From assembly GCA_001563335.1 (NCBI GenBank), contig LRSL01000013.1, forward strand, positions 39,583 through 103,582: a stretch of DNA of 64,000 bases, read 5' to 3'. This document shows positions 30,960 to 40,114 of this stretch, piece after piece. The position numbers and the translations under genes are program-made. Under the pieces are notes generated by a model. The model ran no database searches. It saw only the letters and a program-made list of their open reading frames with translations, and was not told the DNA's origin. Positions within the stretch are counted from its first letter, which is position 1. The number at the start of each line of letters is the position of its first letter. This DNA is from Candidatus Thorarchaeota archaeon SMTZ1-45. Its GTDB lineage: Archaea > Asgardarchaeota > Thorarchaeia > Thorarchaeales > Thorarchaeaceae.

Positions 30960-31020
30960 AACTAAACCACCAGGGACTTGCTTTTCTCGTTCGTTTTAAC
31001 TTCCGTTTAAGTGTCTTGGT

Positions 31021-31332
31021 TCATCCCCAAAGTTCCCTATACCATTCCTCAGCATCGTCACCTAGCTCAAGTCGAATGGATCCACTAACAACGCTCATGT
31101 CATCGCCCTCTTTAATCTCGAAATTCAAACCCGCAATTCTGATTGCCTTTTTCTCAAGATGAACATTACCGATATTTCGAGCGTGCATCGTTGCTATTCT
31201 CTTTCCCCCATCCATGACAAGTAGCTGATCATAATACATGACACTGCATTTGAACTTAAACTTGGTATCCTTAAGTGAGCCTATATGAATCTCAAGATTG
31301 CTGAATTCTGCTTTCACATTTTCTGCATTCAT
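31021..31332 (-). CDS. Hypothetical protein (possible PH-like fold)
   Basis: Beta-rich chain ending in the helix DAEEWYREL. Likely start MNAENV. Confidence 0.65.
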   Translation of the reverse strand: MNAENVKAEFSNLEIHIGSLKDTKFKFKCSVMYYDQLLVMDGGKRIATMHARNIGNVHLEKKAIRIAGLNFEIKEGDDMSVVSGSIRLELGDDAEEWYRELWG

Positions 31333-31425
31333 CGGTCGCACAACCCGAATGTGCTGCATGCTATCTTATGAACTTCATTATCAGGATAATTCTCTCCGGA
31401 AGATAGATAGTCATTTTCGACCATA

Positions 31426-32253
31426 ATGAAACTGAGAGAGATGAAAAAAGGACTATATATCGGCACAAGCGGATGGTCTTATGAAAAGGACTGGAAAGGA
31501 ACTTTCTACACTACAGGGGGTTCAATGCTGAAGTATTACCTCACATATTTTCAAACCGCAGAGATTAACTCGACTTTCTATGCACTCCCTAAACCCACTT
31601 TCATCAAGCATCTCTCGACTTTAGATAAGAGTGTATTTTTCACAGCTAAACTACCCAAAAAGGTCACTCATGATAATCGTTTGAATCTCACAGGAGAAGG
31701 AGGTGAAACACTAACGGAATTCTTTAGGTTATTAGCACCTATCCAAGACAGAATTCCTGTTCTCTTGATACAACTGCCTCCTTGGGAAATTTCAACGATG
31801 GGTGATTTAGAGAGCTTCTTATCGTCATTGGATTCATCGTATAGATATGCCATTGAATTTAGAGATGAATCTTGGCTAGTTAGTAAAGTTTGGAAGATAC
31901 TAGAACAATATGAAATTGCTAATGTAATAGTTGATGAACCCAAACTTCCGATTGACCTTCGAATTACAACTGATTTCTCCTACATTCGCTGGCATGGTCA
32001 TGGTGCAAACCCATGGTTCAATTACAGGTTTTCAATTGATGAATTAGAGAACTGGGTCCCTCGACTGGAAAAAGTCACTGAGAGTGTTGAAACAACCTTA
32101 GGTTACTTTAACAACCACTTCGCAGGTAATGCACCACTAAATGCACTTCAAATGTTATCATTGCTGAAAACAATAACACCAAAACAACAAGCAAAACTTG
32201 ACCGAATGCTGAAATCTACCACAACCAAGCAAACAACTTTGGAAGATTTCTAA
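31426..32253 (+). CDS. DUF72 family protein
   Basis: IGTSGWSY, EINSTFY, QLPP, EFR, YIRWHG and YFNNH motifs. Confidence 0.93.
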   Translation: MKLREMKKGLYIGTSGWSYEKDWKGTFYTTGGSMLKYYLTYFQTAEINSTFYALPKPTFIKHLSTLDKSVFFTAKLPKKVTHDNRLNLTGEGGETLTEFFRLLAPIQDRIPVLLIQLPPWEISTMGDLESFLSSLDSSYRYAIEFRDESWLVSKVWKILEQYEIANVIVDEPKLPIDLRITTDFSYIRWHGHGANPWFNYRFSIDELENWVPRLEKVTESVETTLGYFNNHFAGNAPLNALQMLSLLKTITPKQQAKLDRMLKSTTTKQTTLEDF

Positions 32254-32471
32254 TTCTTTACCACCTCGAAAGCCACTCTGACCGAAATGCCCAAGGTTAT
32301 AAGGACACTCTATGATGTTTCATTGCGTAAAGTGAGAAAGGAAGAGTCAGGTTAACAAATAACTATACTAAAACCAGAACGTTTTCCCTGGTATTTGATG
32401 TATCTGCTTTTTCAGCAATCACAGACTTAGTCTGTATGATATACTACACTCACAAAAGCAGGATAAAAACA

Positions 32472-32615
32472 ATGGAAAAAATGAAGATTGATTCTAAAAC
32501 GAGCTACACTAGAAACAGAGTGATTAGTGGGCATGGACCTCATCGAATATTGGACATGAAACGACAAGAAATGTTGGATCGATTAGTTGAGAAAGAATCC
32601 TTGGAGGAGCGGTGA
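32472..32615 (+). CDS. Small hypothetical protein (47 aa)
   Basis: Manual translation MEKMKIDSKTSYTRNRVISGHG...ESLEER; ends 4 bp before the next small ORF. Confidence 0.3.
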   Translation: MEKMKIDSKTSYTRNRVISGHGPHRILDMKRQEMLDRLVEKESLEER

Positions 32616-32619
32616 AAGA

Positions 32620-32748
32620 ATGAGTACGAGAAATTATGACCACTGTACATGCGGTCACAAACGTGAGAAACATGAAGACTTCAAGGATGGATGTTCTAAG
32701 TGTAGCTGTAAAGTCTTTCACAGAGGTATGATTCATAATTCAATGTAA
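32620..32748 (+). CDS. Small Cys/His zinc-finger-like protein (42 aa)
   Basis: MSTRNYDHCTCGHKREKHEDFKDGCSKCSCKVFHRGMIHNSM, preceded by GGAGG/GGTGA. Confidence 0.6.
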   Translation: MSTRNYDHCTCGHKREKHEDFKDGCSKCSCKVFHRGMIHNSM

Positions 32749-32803
32749 ATTGATATCAATGTCCATCTGGAAAGCCTAATACACGCAAGAATGTTTCTTA
32801 GCG

Positions 32804-33043
32804 TTAACTCAAAGGCCTGTTCGAGCCATCCTTTACTTTATGTCTACCTTCAAGCCAACGCAACACAAGACCGCCTACAGTGTATAGGAATACAATCTGA
32901 AACACCAACATAAAAACACGTTTTCCGTCAATCGTCAAAGTTTCATAGTAAGACGGTCCAAATATGAGAAATATCAGTATTAATGGAATAACCAATACAA
33001 TTGCAGCTATCCACTTTCTTCTGCCTTCATCCATCTCATTCAC
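32804..33043 (-). CDS. Small two-TM membrane protein
   Basis: Two hydrophobic segments; lies between repeat copies 2 and 3. Confidence 0.65.
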   Translation of the reverse strand: MNEMDEGRRKWIAAIVLVIPLILIFLIFGPSYYETLTIDGKRVFMLVFQIVFLYTVGGLVLRWLEGRHKVKDGSNRPLS

Positions 33044-33229
33044 CTTCCTTCATGCCCTTTCATCTTTCTACTCTCTCACAGAACAGAATGAATCAGCCTA
33101 TGTCACTTTTTGGACTTTGCCTTCCAGCGTACACGAATATGCGAGTCTTTGCCATCTCGAAAGCCTAATAGGCGGACCTCTGCTACCACGTATATACTTA
33201 AGCGTACATCTAAGAAAAATCAAATCGCT

Positions 33230-33706
33230 CTATCCGGACATTGCATCTCGCCAAGTTGCATCTTTTCCATAATCAAACGAAGCCATCTTAGTTGGGCTCA
33301 CAACGACTTTCATCCACTTTGAAACTTTCAAAACTCGTTTCGCTGCGGGTTCAGCTTGTTCCTTGGAATAATACTTCTCGAACAGTGATATACCCCACTT
33401 GAGATCTGCTTCGCCAACAATCTTGGCTTCTCCATAGACAATAACACCTTTGGTTGGGTCGTCTGGAGTACCAAGTTCATCGACCAAAACGGTCACAGTC
33501 GGGTTACGTACAATGTTCCTTGCCTTACGGCTTGCTTCAGGTGTAGCGACGAATATTCTGCCATCTTCATATAAGAACCAAACAGGGGCAACATGGATGG
33601 TCCTGTTCTTGTTCATACTACAGAACCTGGCAATCTTGGCCTTACTCAAGAATGAGTCTATCTCAATGTCTGTAAGTGGAGGAGGTTGAGTATACATTTG
33701 AATCAC
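33230..33706 (-). CDS. Pyridoxamine 5'-phosphate oxidase-like (FMN/F420 split barrel) protein
   Basis: IHVAPVWF..SRKARNIVRNPTVTVLVD..GVIVYGEA. Confidence 0.88.
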   Translation of the reverse strand: MIQMYTQPPPLTDIEIDSFLSKAKIARFCSMNKNRTIHVAPVWFLYEDGRIFVATPEASRKARNIVRNPTVTVLVDELGTPDDPTKGVIVYGEAKIVGEADLKWGISLFEKYYSKEQAEPAAKRVLKVSKWMKVVVSPTKMASFDYGKDATWRDAMSG

Positions 33707-34105
33707 TCTACAATTTTGACTAATGCAGAAGTAGGTATAACTAGCTAATTAGTCAATCGAAGATTGAATATGATTGCACTTAGAATCATTGTTTCAATCT
33801 GATTTGTGTAGTCATGATTACCGTGATTACAAAATGAGAGATCTTTTATCTCCTAGAGGATATTATCTTTCAATCTTTGCGAGAAATATCGAATATTTGA
33901 TGCAATGCTATCTTGAAAGCCTAATACGCAGACCTCTGCCACCACGCGTATACTTAAGCGCACATCTAAATAAAATCTTCACGTGTTGATTCCCTTCTTT
34001 TATAGAACTAATGTGAATCATAGACAATGAAACCGCTTATACAGCGATTCGCTGCTTGATAAAACGTATAACTGCAAATGACTCATTTATTGCTGGGAGA
34101 ACGAT

Positions 34106-34516
34106 ATGGTTTCGCGGGGTAGATTGAACTTTCTCATCTTAGTATGTTCCATTCTGATTCTTCTAACCGCTTATCACATAGGATTGGTTGCCATCCCTCT
34201 AGGTATGGATACCGAAGTATCTCTCGTAGTTGCCATTGGCGCTCTGGCTGTCATCACTCTCTTAGGAGCGTTTGGAAGGAAACGTGGAATGGATGAAATT
34301 GCTACGTACAAACCTGGAACAATCATTTCCAGCATTTTCATAGGTGCTATTGCAATTATGGTGATAATTATGCTCTTACTTGCTGGTATTCACCCACCAG
34401 GTATGGATCCTGAAGTACCATTCCTATTTGTAATCCCCCCTCTAGCACTTGTCATTGTACTAGCAGTATTGATAGAGGAAGTAACCTTAGGATTGAAACT
34501 CGACCAATCGAAATAA
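34106..34516 (+). CDS. Four-TM membrane protein with internal duplication
   Basis: Hydrophobic, with the repeated loop PLGMDTEV/PPGMDPEV. Confidence 0.7.
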   Translation: MVSRGRLNFLILVCSILILLTAYHIGLVAIPLGMDTEVSLVVAIGALAVITLLGAFGRKRGMDEIATYKPGTIISSIFIGAIAIMVIIMLLLAGIHPPGMDPEVPFLFVIPPLALVIVLAVLIEEVTLGLKLDQSK

Positions 34517-34593
34517 GATGGACCGTAACCTTTGCCGCCTCGAAAGCCTAATAAGTGGACCTGAGGCTCGAAGCCGAGTCAGGTGAATGACCG

Positions 34594-35043
34594 ATGAGCT
34601 TTGATATTATCGCTGAGCCAACAGTAAAATCACCACGAGATGCTCGTTCCAAGAGAGGTCGTGGTTTTAGTATTGAAGAAACCGTTCAAGCCGGCCTAAC
34701 TATAACCGAAACTCGGCGAATGGGATTAATTGTTGATAAGCGAAGGAAAACCGTCCATCCTGAGAATGTTGAAGCCCTCAAACAGTATATGAAGGATCTC
34801 GAAGAGTTAGTTGCCGCTTTAGCTGCAGAAGCTGAACCTATCAAAGATAAAGTTGAAGCAGCAGTTGATGATCTTGCCTCACTTAAGGCTGTAAAGAAGT
34901 CTGAGGTTCCGTTGCTTGCAAAAGCTGATATCAAGACATTCGAAGATCTTGCATATTGTGATATAACAAAGGTTGCTAAGAAAACTGGAATCGAAGAAGA
35001 CCGAATCACAGAGATGGTAAAAGCAGCTCTCAAAAAGGTCTAG
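34594..35043 (+). CDS. rpl13e: Ribosomal protein eL13 with C-terminal HhH-like extension
   Basis: RGRGFSIEE..AGL..GLIVDKRRKT..NVEAL. Confidence 0.9.
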   Translation: MSFDIIAEPTVKSPRDARSKRGRGFSIEETVQAGLTITETRRMGLIVDKRRKTVHPENVEALKQYMKDLEELVAALAAEAEPIKDKVEAAVDDLASLKAVKKSEVPLLAKADIKTFEDLAYCDITKVAKKTGIEEDRITEMVKAALKKV

Positions 35044-35078
35044 AAAATCGCTTGACTAAGTCTTAGGGGAAGAGCGAG

Positions 35079-36179
35079 TTGGACTATACTCGTCTCATAT
35101 CAATATTGCAGAATCCTCCAAAGGTGAATTACCCAGTAGTACTCCCTGATTTTTTTGTAGATCACTTTGTACTTTTCAAGACGCTAGATAGTTTCCTAGA
35201 TGGTTTGAAACGACTTGCTCAGCAAGGTGGAGGCAACTTGCTTAAGAATGAGCAGTTCATTCGAAAAGGCGGAAATGCAGTAAATACAGCATCTGCCTTA
35301 CTTTCTCTGGGCTTGAATCCAAAATTAATTGTCACAACCGATTATTATGGGGCATCTCTTCTGAAAGCGTTAGTTAGTCCTAATTTAGATTTGAGTCATG
35401 TTCACACTGATGGTCGGCTTTCCTCAACAGTATCGATTGAAACAGAATACTCAGGAAGAAAGGTCAACCTGATGGTCAGTGATAGTGGTTCGGCATCAGA
35501 ATTTGAATTCTCTGACCTTTCTCGACATGATATCGATGCCATCAAAGGTAGTGGAATTGTTGCTCTGGTTAATCTAAATCATAATAGAAAAGCTGCGGAG
35601 CTTGCTCATGACCTCTTTCAGATGATAAAAAAGTCATCAAAAGCTATGACATTCATGGACATGGGTGACCCCTCAGGAAACCCCAAAATAGTTACTAAAC
35701 TTGTTGAAAATGTAATTAAAACAGGTTTGGTAGACATCATCGGACTGAATGAGAATGAAGTTGGTTGGATTGCTCAGGTTCTAACAAGTAATCGCGAGCG
35801 TTGGAAAAACATATCGGAAAAGCCTGAACTTTGGCTTGAAGGAGCTCAATTGATTGCCAACGATACAGGAGTCCGGATAGATCTTCATACGCCACATTAT
35901 TCTTCAACAATCAAAGGAAATGAGATAACTTCAGTTCCAGCATTTGATGTTGAAAGTCATATTGTATGTGGTGCAGGAGATGCGTGGAATGCTGGTGACA
36001 TCTATGGTACACTCCTCGATTTATCCCCGTTTGATCGATTAACTCTAGCTAACGCTGTAGCGTCACTCTATATTTCCTCAGCTTCAGCAACACATCCACA
36101 AATAGCTGATATAGTGGAATTCCTAGAATCCAATCCAATCCTCTCACGAGATGGTACAAAGTTACTTAAAGTTCAGTGA
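35079..36179 (+). CDS. PfkB/ribokinase family kinase
   Basis: GGNAVNTA, NENE and CGAGDAWNAG motifs. Confidence 0.88.
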   Translation: MDYTRLISILQNPPKVNYPVVLPDFFVDHFVLFKTLDSFLDGLKRLAQQGGGNLLKNEQFIRKGGNAVNTASALLSLGLNPKLIVTTDYYGASLLKALVSPNLDLSHVHTDGRLSSTVSIETEYSGRKVNLMVSDSGSASEFEFSDLSRHDIDAIKGSGIVALVNLNHNRKAAELAHDLFQMIKKSSKAMTFMDMGDPSGNPKIVTKLVENVIKTGLVDIIGLNENEVGWIAQVLTSNRERWKNISEKPELWLEGAQLIANDTGVRIDLHTPHYSSTIKGNEITSVPAFDVESHIVCGAGDAWNAGDIYGTLLDLSPFDRLTLANAVASLYISSASATHPQIADIVEFLESNPILSRDGTKLLKVQ

Positions 36180-36225
36180 CTTTTGTACCAATTGTATCTG
36201 TAACGCTAGGCTAGGTGTATGACAG

Positions 36226-37206
36226 TTGGAATTAGAGCGCGTTCTGACCAAACTGAAGTTTGATGAATCAGTTAATGGGTATGCGCTCATAACAAGCGAT
36301 GGTCATCCCTTCCTGTCTTTCTCGCTACCTGATGAAGTTTTACCTCAAATCAAAGGAACTCTTCGAATCCATGGTTCTGATTTGAAACTCGTCAACATCA
36401 TGACTGGAAAAGGAATTGTAATTCTTGCAAGAATTGACCCTCGATGGGTACTTGCTGTTCTATTCGACCCTGACTTCCAACTTGGTGGTGCTCTTTCACG
36501 AACAAAGGCTGTAGTCGATCTTCTCGCGCAAGTATCATTACCTCCACCACCTATTTCAATAGCTGAAGAAGAAGATGTGAATCTCCCTTCAGAGGAAGAA
36601 TCCATCGGTGAAATTCAGTCTACCATGTCCGACATTTCCCAAGAAACAGTTATGGAATCTGCACCATCTCTTGAACCTGTAGAACCAGTAACAACAGAAA
36701 TCACTGAGGAACCACCTCAAGAACCAGTTGAGGTGAAACATTGGTGTATCGTACATAGGGGCGAGAACTACAAAGACTCAGTGACCTTAGAATCTGAGCT
36801 TAATGTTTCGATTAAGCGATTGTTTGCTAATGTTGGCATTGACATCCTTCTTGTTGTTGATGAGAAGATGACTGTCTATAATTTAGCTGAACATTTAGCT
36901 AGACCAGTTGAGAAGATTATTGAGATTGTGAAATGGTGTGTTTCACGTAAAATTCTCTGGGTTGAATGCCCCAAGGAAAAAGAACCAAGTCAGAAGGAGA
37001 TAATAGAGTTGCCTCTATTTGAGGGGAAGATTGACAAGGTCAAGAAAAAACATCGTCCAGTTCTTGAATTATGTGACGGGAAGAGGACTTTACAAGAAAT
37101 TGCCACTGAACTTGGCATACCCTATTTCGAAGCGTTGCAAATGATTATACCCTACCGTGGGAAATCCGTCCGATTCATTCGCACGGATAAAGTGTCAAGA
37201 TTCTGA
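36226..37206 (+). CDS. Roadblock/longin-like N-domain + acidic linker + two wHTH domains (paralog A)
   Basis: VNGYALITSDG..VILARIDPRWVLAVL..QLG, then VDEKMTVYNLAEHL and LCDGKRTLQEIATELG. Confidence 0.7.
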   Translation: MELERVLTKLKFDESVNGYALITSDGHPFLSFSLPDEVLPQIKGTLRIHGSDLKLVNIMTGKGIVILARIDPRWVLAVLFDPDFQLGGALSRTKAVVDLLAQVSLPPPPISIAEEEDVNLPSEEESIGEIQSTMSDISQETVMESAPSLEPVEPVTTEITEEPPQEPVEVKHWCIVHRGENYKDSVTLESELNVSIKRLFANVGIDILLVVDEKMTVYNLAEHLARPVEKIIEIVKWCVSRKILWVECPKEKEPSQKEIIELPLFEGKIDKVKKKHRPVLELCDGKRTLQEIATELGIPYFEALQMIIPYRGKSVRFIRTDKVSRF

Positions 37207-37227
37207 TATTGGAGGTTGAAATAATAA

Positions 37228-37731
37228 ATGGGTGTAAAAGGAAAAATAGCTTGGAATTTCATGACTGATAAGGTGAGTAAGGTTTTGTTCCAAGCAAGCT
37301 ACCGTGAGCTGATGAACCTTCTCATGAGCACTAGTGATAGCGTTGACGAAATAAACCGAAAGATGAAAGATATCGGTTTTCGTGTTGGAGAAACTCTTCT
37401 GATGGACTATGCTGACAGAATCCGCCAACATGCTGGGAAGTTTCATGAATTTGCAAACACTCTGCAACTTGCCTATAAGGTGAATTCTGGACAGGAATTC
37501 ACAGATATCTGGGTTAGTAGTGATAAGCGAAGTATCAAATTCACAGACGCAGATTGTCCAATATGTGCAGGGGTTCATATTACAGATATGCCTGGCTTGC
37601 AATACTGTGTAATTGTGAGTGGAGTGTTTGATGCTGTCATGAAGCTTCGTGGATTTCAAGCTGAAAGTTTTCAAGAGTCTTGTAGGGCACTAGGTGATGA
37701 GGCCTGTACTTGGACTCTCTCACTGCTTTAG
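37228..37731 (+). CDS. Bet3/TRAPP-like (V4R-fold) protein A
   Basis: LFQASYRELM..VDEINRKMKDIGFRVGETLLMDY resembles Bet3 helices 1-2; also CPIC, YC..SGV and ESC..C. Confidence 0.75.
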   Translation: MGVKGKIAWNFMTDKVSKVLFQASYRELMNLLMSTSDSVDEINRKMKDIGFRVGETLLMDYADRIRQHAGKFHEFANTLQLAYKVNSGQEFTDIWVSSDKRSIKFTDADCPICAGVHITDMPGLQYCVIVSGVFDAVMKLRGFQAESFQESCRALGDEACTWTLSLL

Positions 37732-37837
37732 AAGTGTATCTCGCATGCCGCAGAAATCAAGTAACTCATCCGGCATAGGTATAAAACCTAATAACCAGAA
37801 GTAGAGATATAGAACCATTGCAAACGGAGGACCTCAA

Positions 37838-38371
37838 TTGGGTCAAGTTTTAGGCACGCTATTTGGATTAATAACAGCATTTGCAATGACTTTCGTAGTG
37901 TTGATGCTCGGTGTCTTTATGCCTAATGATCTTATTGCATCAACCATTGTAGATGACTTTCTTGCAACAAGTGAACTTGAAATACGTCTGGCAGTGGTTG
38001 GTACTATTTTGTATCCTGCTCCCACACTTCTTGGTTCAACCAGCCTGGGTTCCTTAGTAGGTTATGGTGCTCCTGGAGCAACTGTTCTCATGTGGCTAGC
38101 TTGGGGCACTGGTGGTCTTATTGCTGGTTTGATGACCAAAGAGATTTTTCCTGGGATTCTATCTGCAGTTTTTTCAGCCATCATCGGTGCTTTTCTTACT
38201 TGGCTCCTATTCTTTATGATAAGTCCCTCTTTTGCGAGTACAGGTATCGCTGCGATATTTCAACAGGGATCGCTTCTGATCATGCAGGCATCACTTGAGG
38301 GAACCATTTACCCTGCAATAGCATGTGCAATTGGTGGACTCTTGGGTGGAGCAATAACAAGAGACCGCTGA
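37838..38371 (+). CDS. Four-TM membrane protein
   Basis: Four hydrophobic, Gly-rich helices. Confidence 0.75.
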   Translation: MGQVLGTLFGLITAFAMTFVVLMLGVFMPNDLIASTIVDDFLATSELEIRLAVVGTILYPAPTLLGSTSLGSLVGYGAPGATVLMWLAWGTGGLIAGLMTKEIFPGILSAVFSAIIGAFLTWLLFFMISPSFASTGIAAIFQQGSLLIMQASLEGTIYPAIACAIGGLLGGAITRDR

Positions 38372-38938
38372 TTATTCACTGCTTACGATTAAAGTCCTAC
38401 CACACTCTGAGCATATCATAGGAATAGACTTGAAAACAGCACCGCATTCACACACAGTTTCAATCTTCAACGGAATAGGAGGCTCAGCCTGGCGGCCAAG
38501 TCTTTCTATTATCATTGCAGTTGGTTGTGCTAAAGGTAACGCAAGAATGGACACCATCAAAGATGCTAGGAATTGAAAGAGCAGGTCGAAGTTTCTATTA
38601 GCGCTACTCCAAAATCCTGGATTAATGAGTAGTAGGGATATCAGTGCTAAAACTGCATGGATAAGCCCAACCCAAATTGCAGATCTGACTGTATTCCACC
38701 CAGGTTTGGAGAATAATCCAATCATAAATCCAATTATGCACCATGAAAAGATATAGAATAAAACAATCCAAGATGTGATTGGGTTAAATAGAGTAGTCTG
38801 AAGTGCACTACTTCCTGCTAAGAGAAACCAAACTATGTTGAATGGCTCTGGGTATATTGGTTGAGGAAGTTCCATCAGGATTGATATGACTATAGATCCA
38901 ATAATAACCCCAATTAAGCCGCCAACAAAGTTTCTCAT
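38372..38938 (-). CDS. Four-TM membrane protein with C-terminal Zn ribbon
   Basis: TM helices followed by CECG..CSECG. Likely start MRNFVGG. Confidence 0.75.
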   Translation of the reverse strand: MRNFVGGLIGVIIGSIVISILMELPQPIYPEPFNIVWFLLAGSSALQTTLFNPITSWIVLFYIFSWCIIGFMIGLFSKPGWNTVRSAIWVGLIHAVLALISLLLINPGFWSSANRNFDLLFQFLASLMVSILALPLAQPTAMIIERLGRQAEPPIPLKIETVCECGAVFKSIPMICSECGRTLIVSSE

Positions 38939-39095
38939 TGCACTTATTCGGCATATACGAATCCCTCTTAATGCTTTTTGACAAGCCATTGAAAAAACAA
39001 TCTTTGGCACCACAATCCTTTTCAGATGACCTTCAGACAATAGCATGACAAAGCAGTCAGTTATTGGTCCGGCCTGTGTTCGTTGGGTGAATAAA

Positions 39096-40103
39096 ATGTC
39101 CAAGGATTTGGAACGCGCTCTATCTAAACTGAGATTTGATGATCAGGTTTTAGGTTACTCGTTAATGACCAAGGTAGGCCGCCCCTTCGTCAGTTTTGCT
39201 TTCCCAGACGAATTGTTTCCACGCATCAAGGATAGCATTAACCTATACAAATCAGATCTCCGCCTCATGACCATTGATACTGACCGTGGACTGGTGGTTT
39301 TATCCCCTGTTGATGATAATTGGATTTTAACTGTTCTATATGTGCCAGAGCTGCAACTTGGCTTGGCTATTGCGAAAACTAAGAATGTCCTCCGACTTCT
39401 GGAGGGAATTGAACTCCCACCACCACCTGAGGAGTTTGAAGAGTCCGTAGAGTCAAACCTTCAAGTTTTGGAGAGCATAGCGATTAAAGCTGCATCTGTT
39501 GAATCAGCGGCATCAAAAGAAACACCTCCTGTTCCTGAGGTTAAGATGACTCTACCACCTCAGGTAGAAACAGCTCCCGATTTAAGTATAGAACTACCCT
39601 CTCCTGAATCGTTCAATATTCAGCCTGTAACAATTCCTAAAAGGGGTTCGCAGTACTCAAACGCACTTTCTCTGGATTCTGAACTTTATAGTGAAATGAA
39701 GAAATTGTATCGCAATTTCGGATTTGATGTTCTTATGCTTGTTGATGGTAACATAAGTGCTGAGAAAATCGCAGATTCGATGTTCCAACCAAATGACAGA
39801 GTTATTGACCTTCTCAAATGGGGCGCCTCAAGAGGTATAATTACTGTTCCACAGATATCAGAAGATGAAGAAGACGCAACAGGTGCAGGTAAAAGTGCAA
39901 TAGGTCGTTATGTCAAGTGTCCCCACTTCGAAGGTGACATGAGCAAAGTTGCGAGTGGTGATCAAAACATCATTAGGTTGTGTGATGGAACTCGCACAAC
40001 CGAACAGATCGCAGAGTCCCTAAATCTTCCTTTACCAAAGGTCGTACAGACAATTGCAAAATACAGAAAACACGGTTTGAAAGTCATTGGCAAAACCCTC
40101 TAG
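39096..40103 (+). CDS. Roadblock/longin-like N-domain + linker + two wHTH domains (paralog B)
   Basis: Aligns with 36226 (LERALSKLRFDD..PFVSFAFPDE..LQLG; LCDGTRTTEQIAESL). Start MSKDLER follows GGTGA. Confidence 0.7.
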   Translation: MSKDLERALSKLRFDDQVLGYSLMTKVGRPFVSFAFPDELFPRIKDSINLYKSDLRLMTIDTDRGLVVLSPVDDNWILTVLYVPELQLGLAIAKTKNVLRLLEGIELPPPPEEFEESVESNLQVLESIAIKAASVESAASKETPPVPEVKMTLPPQVETAPDLSIELPSPESFNIQPVTIPKRGSQYSNALSLDSELYSEMKKLYRNFGFDVLMLVDGNISAEKIADSMFQPNDRVIDLLKWGASRGIITVPQISEDEEDATGAGKSAIGRYVKCPHFEGDMSKVASGDQNIIRLCDGTRTTEQIAESLNLPLPKVVQTIAKYRKHGLKVIGKTL

Positions 40104-40114
40104 AGAATAATCAG

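Larger units (their letters stand above)
32255..34562 (+). repeat. Five degenerate direct repeats (GAAAGCC core, continuing TAATA in four) delimiting an accessory island
   Basis: Copies at 32255-32274, 32762-32781, 33146-33221, 33907-33977 and 34529-34562. Copies 3 and 4 match at 61 of 71 positions without gaps. Confidence 0.85.

Noticed and set aside
32524-32736. 70-aa minus-strand ORF in the track
   Set aside because: It is the shadow of the more credible plus-strand Zn-finger microprotein.
32964-33989. Two similar plus-strand ORFs (32964-33272 and 33774-33989) sharing LESLI..PL.PR.YLS.HL
   Set aside because: The similarity comes from translating repeat copies 3 and 4; there is no other coding evidence.
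32255-34562. CRISPR array
   Set aside because: The repeats are degenerate and separated by about 400-750 bp containing genes, and there are no cas genes.
37745-37776. ATGCCG...CGGCAT dyad after Bet3-like gene A
   Set aside because: Only a 6-bp stem with a long loop, which could arise by chance.
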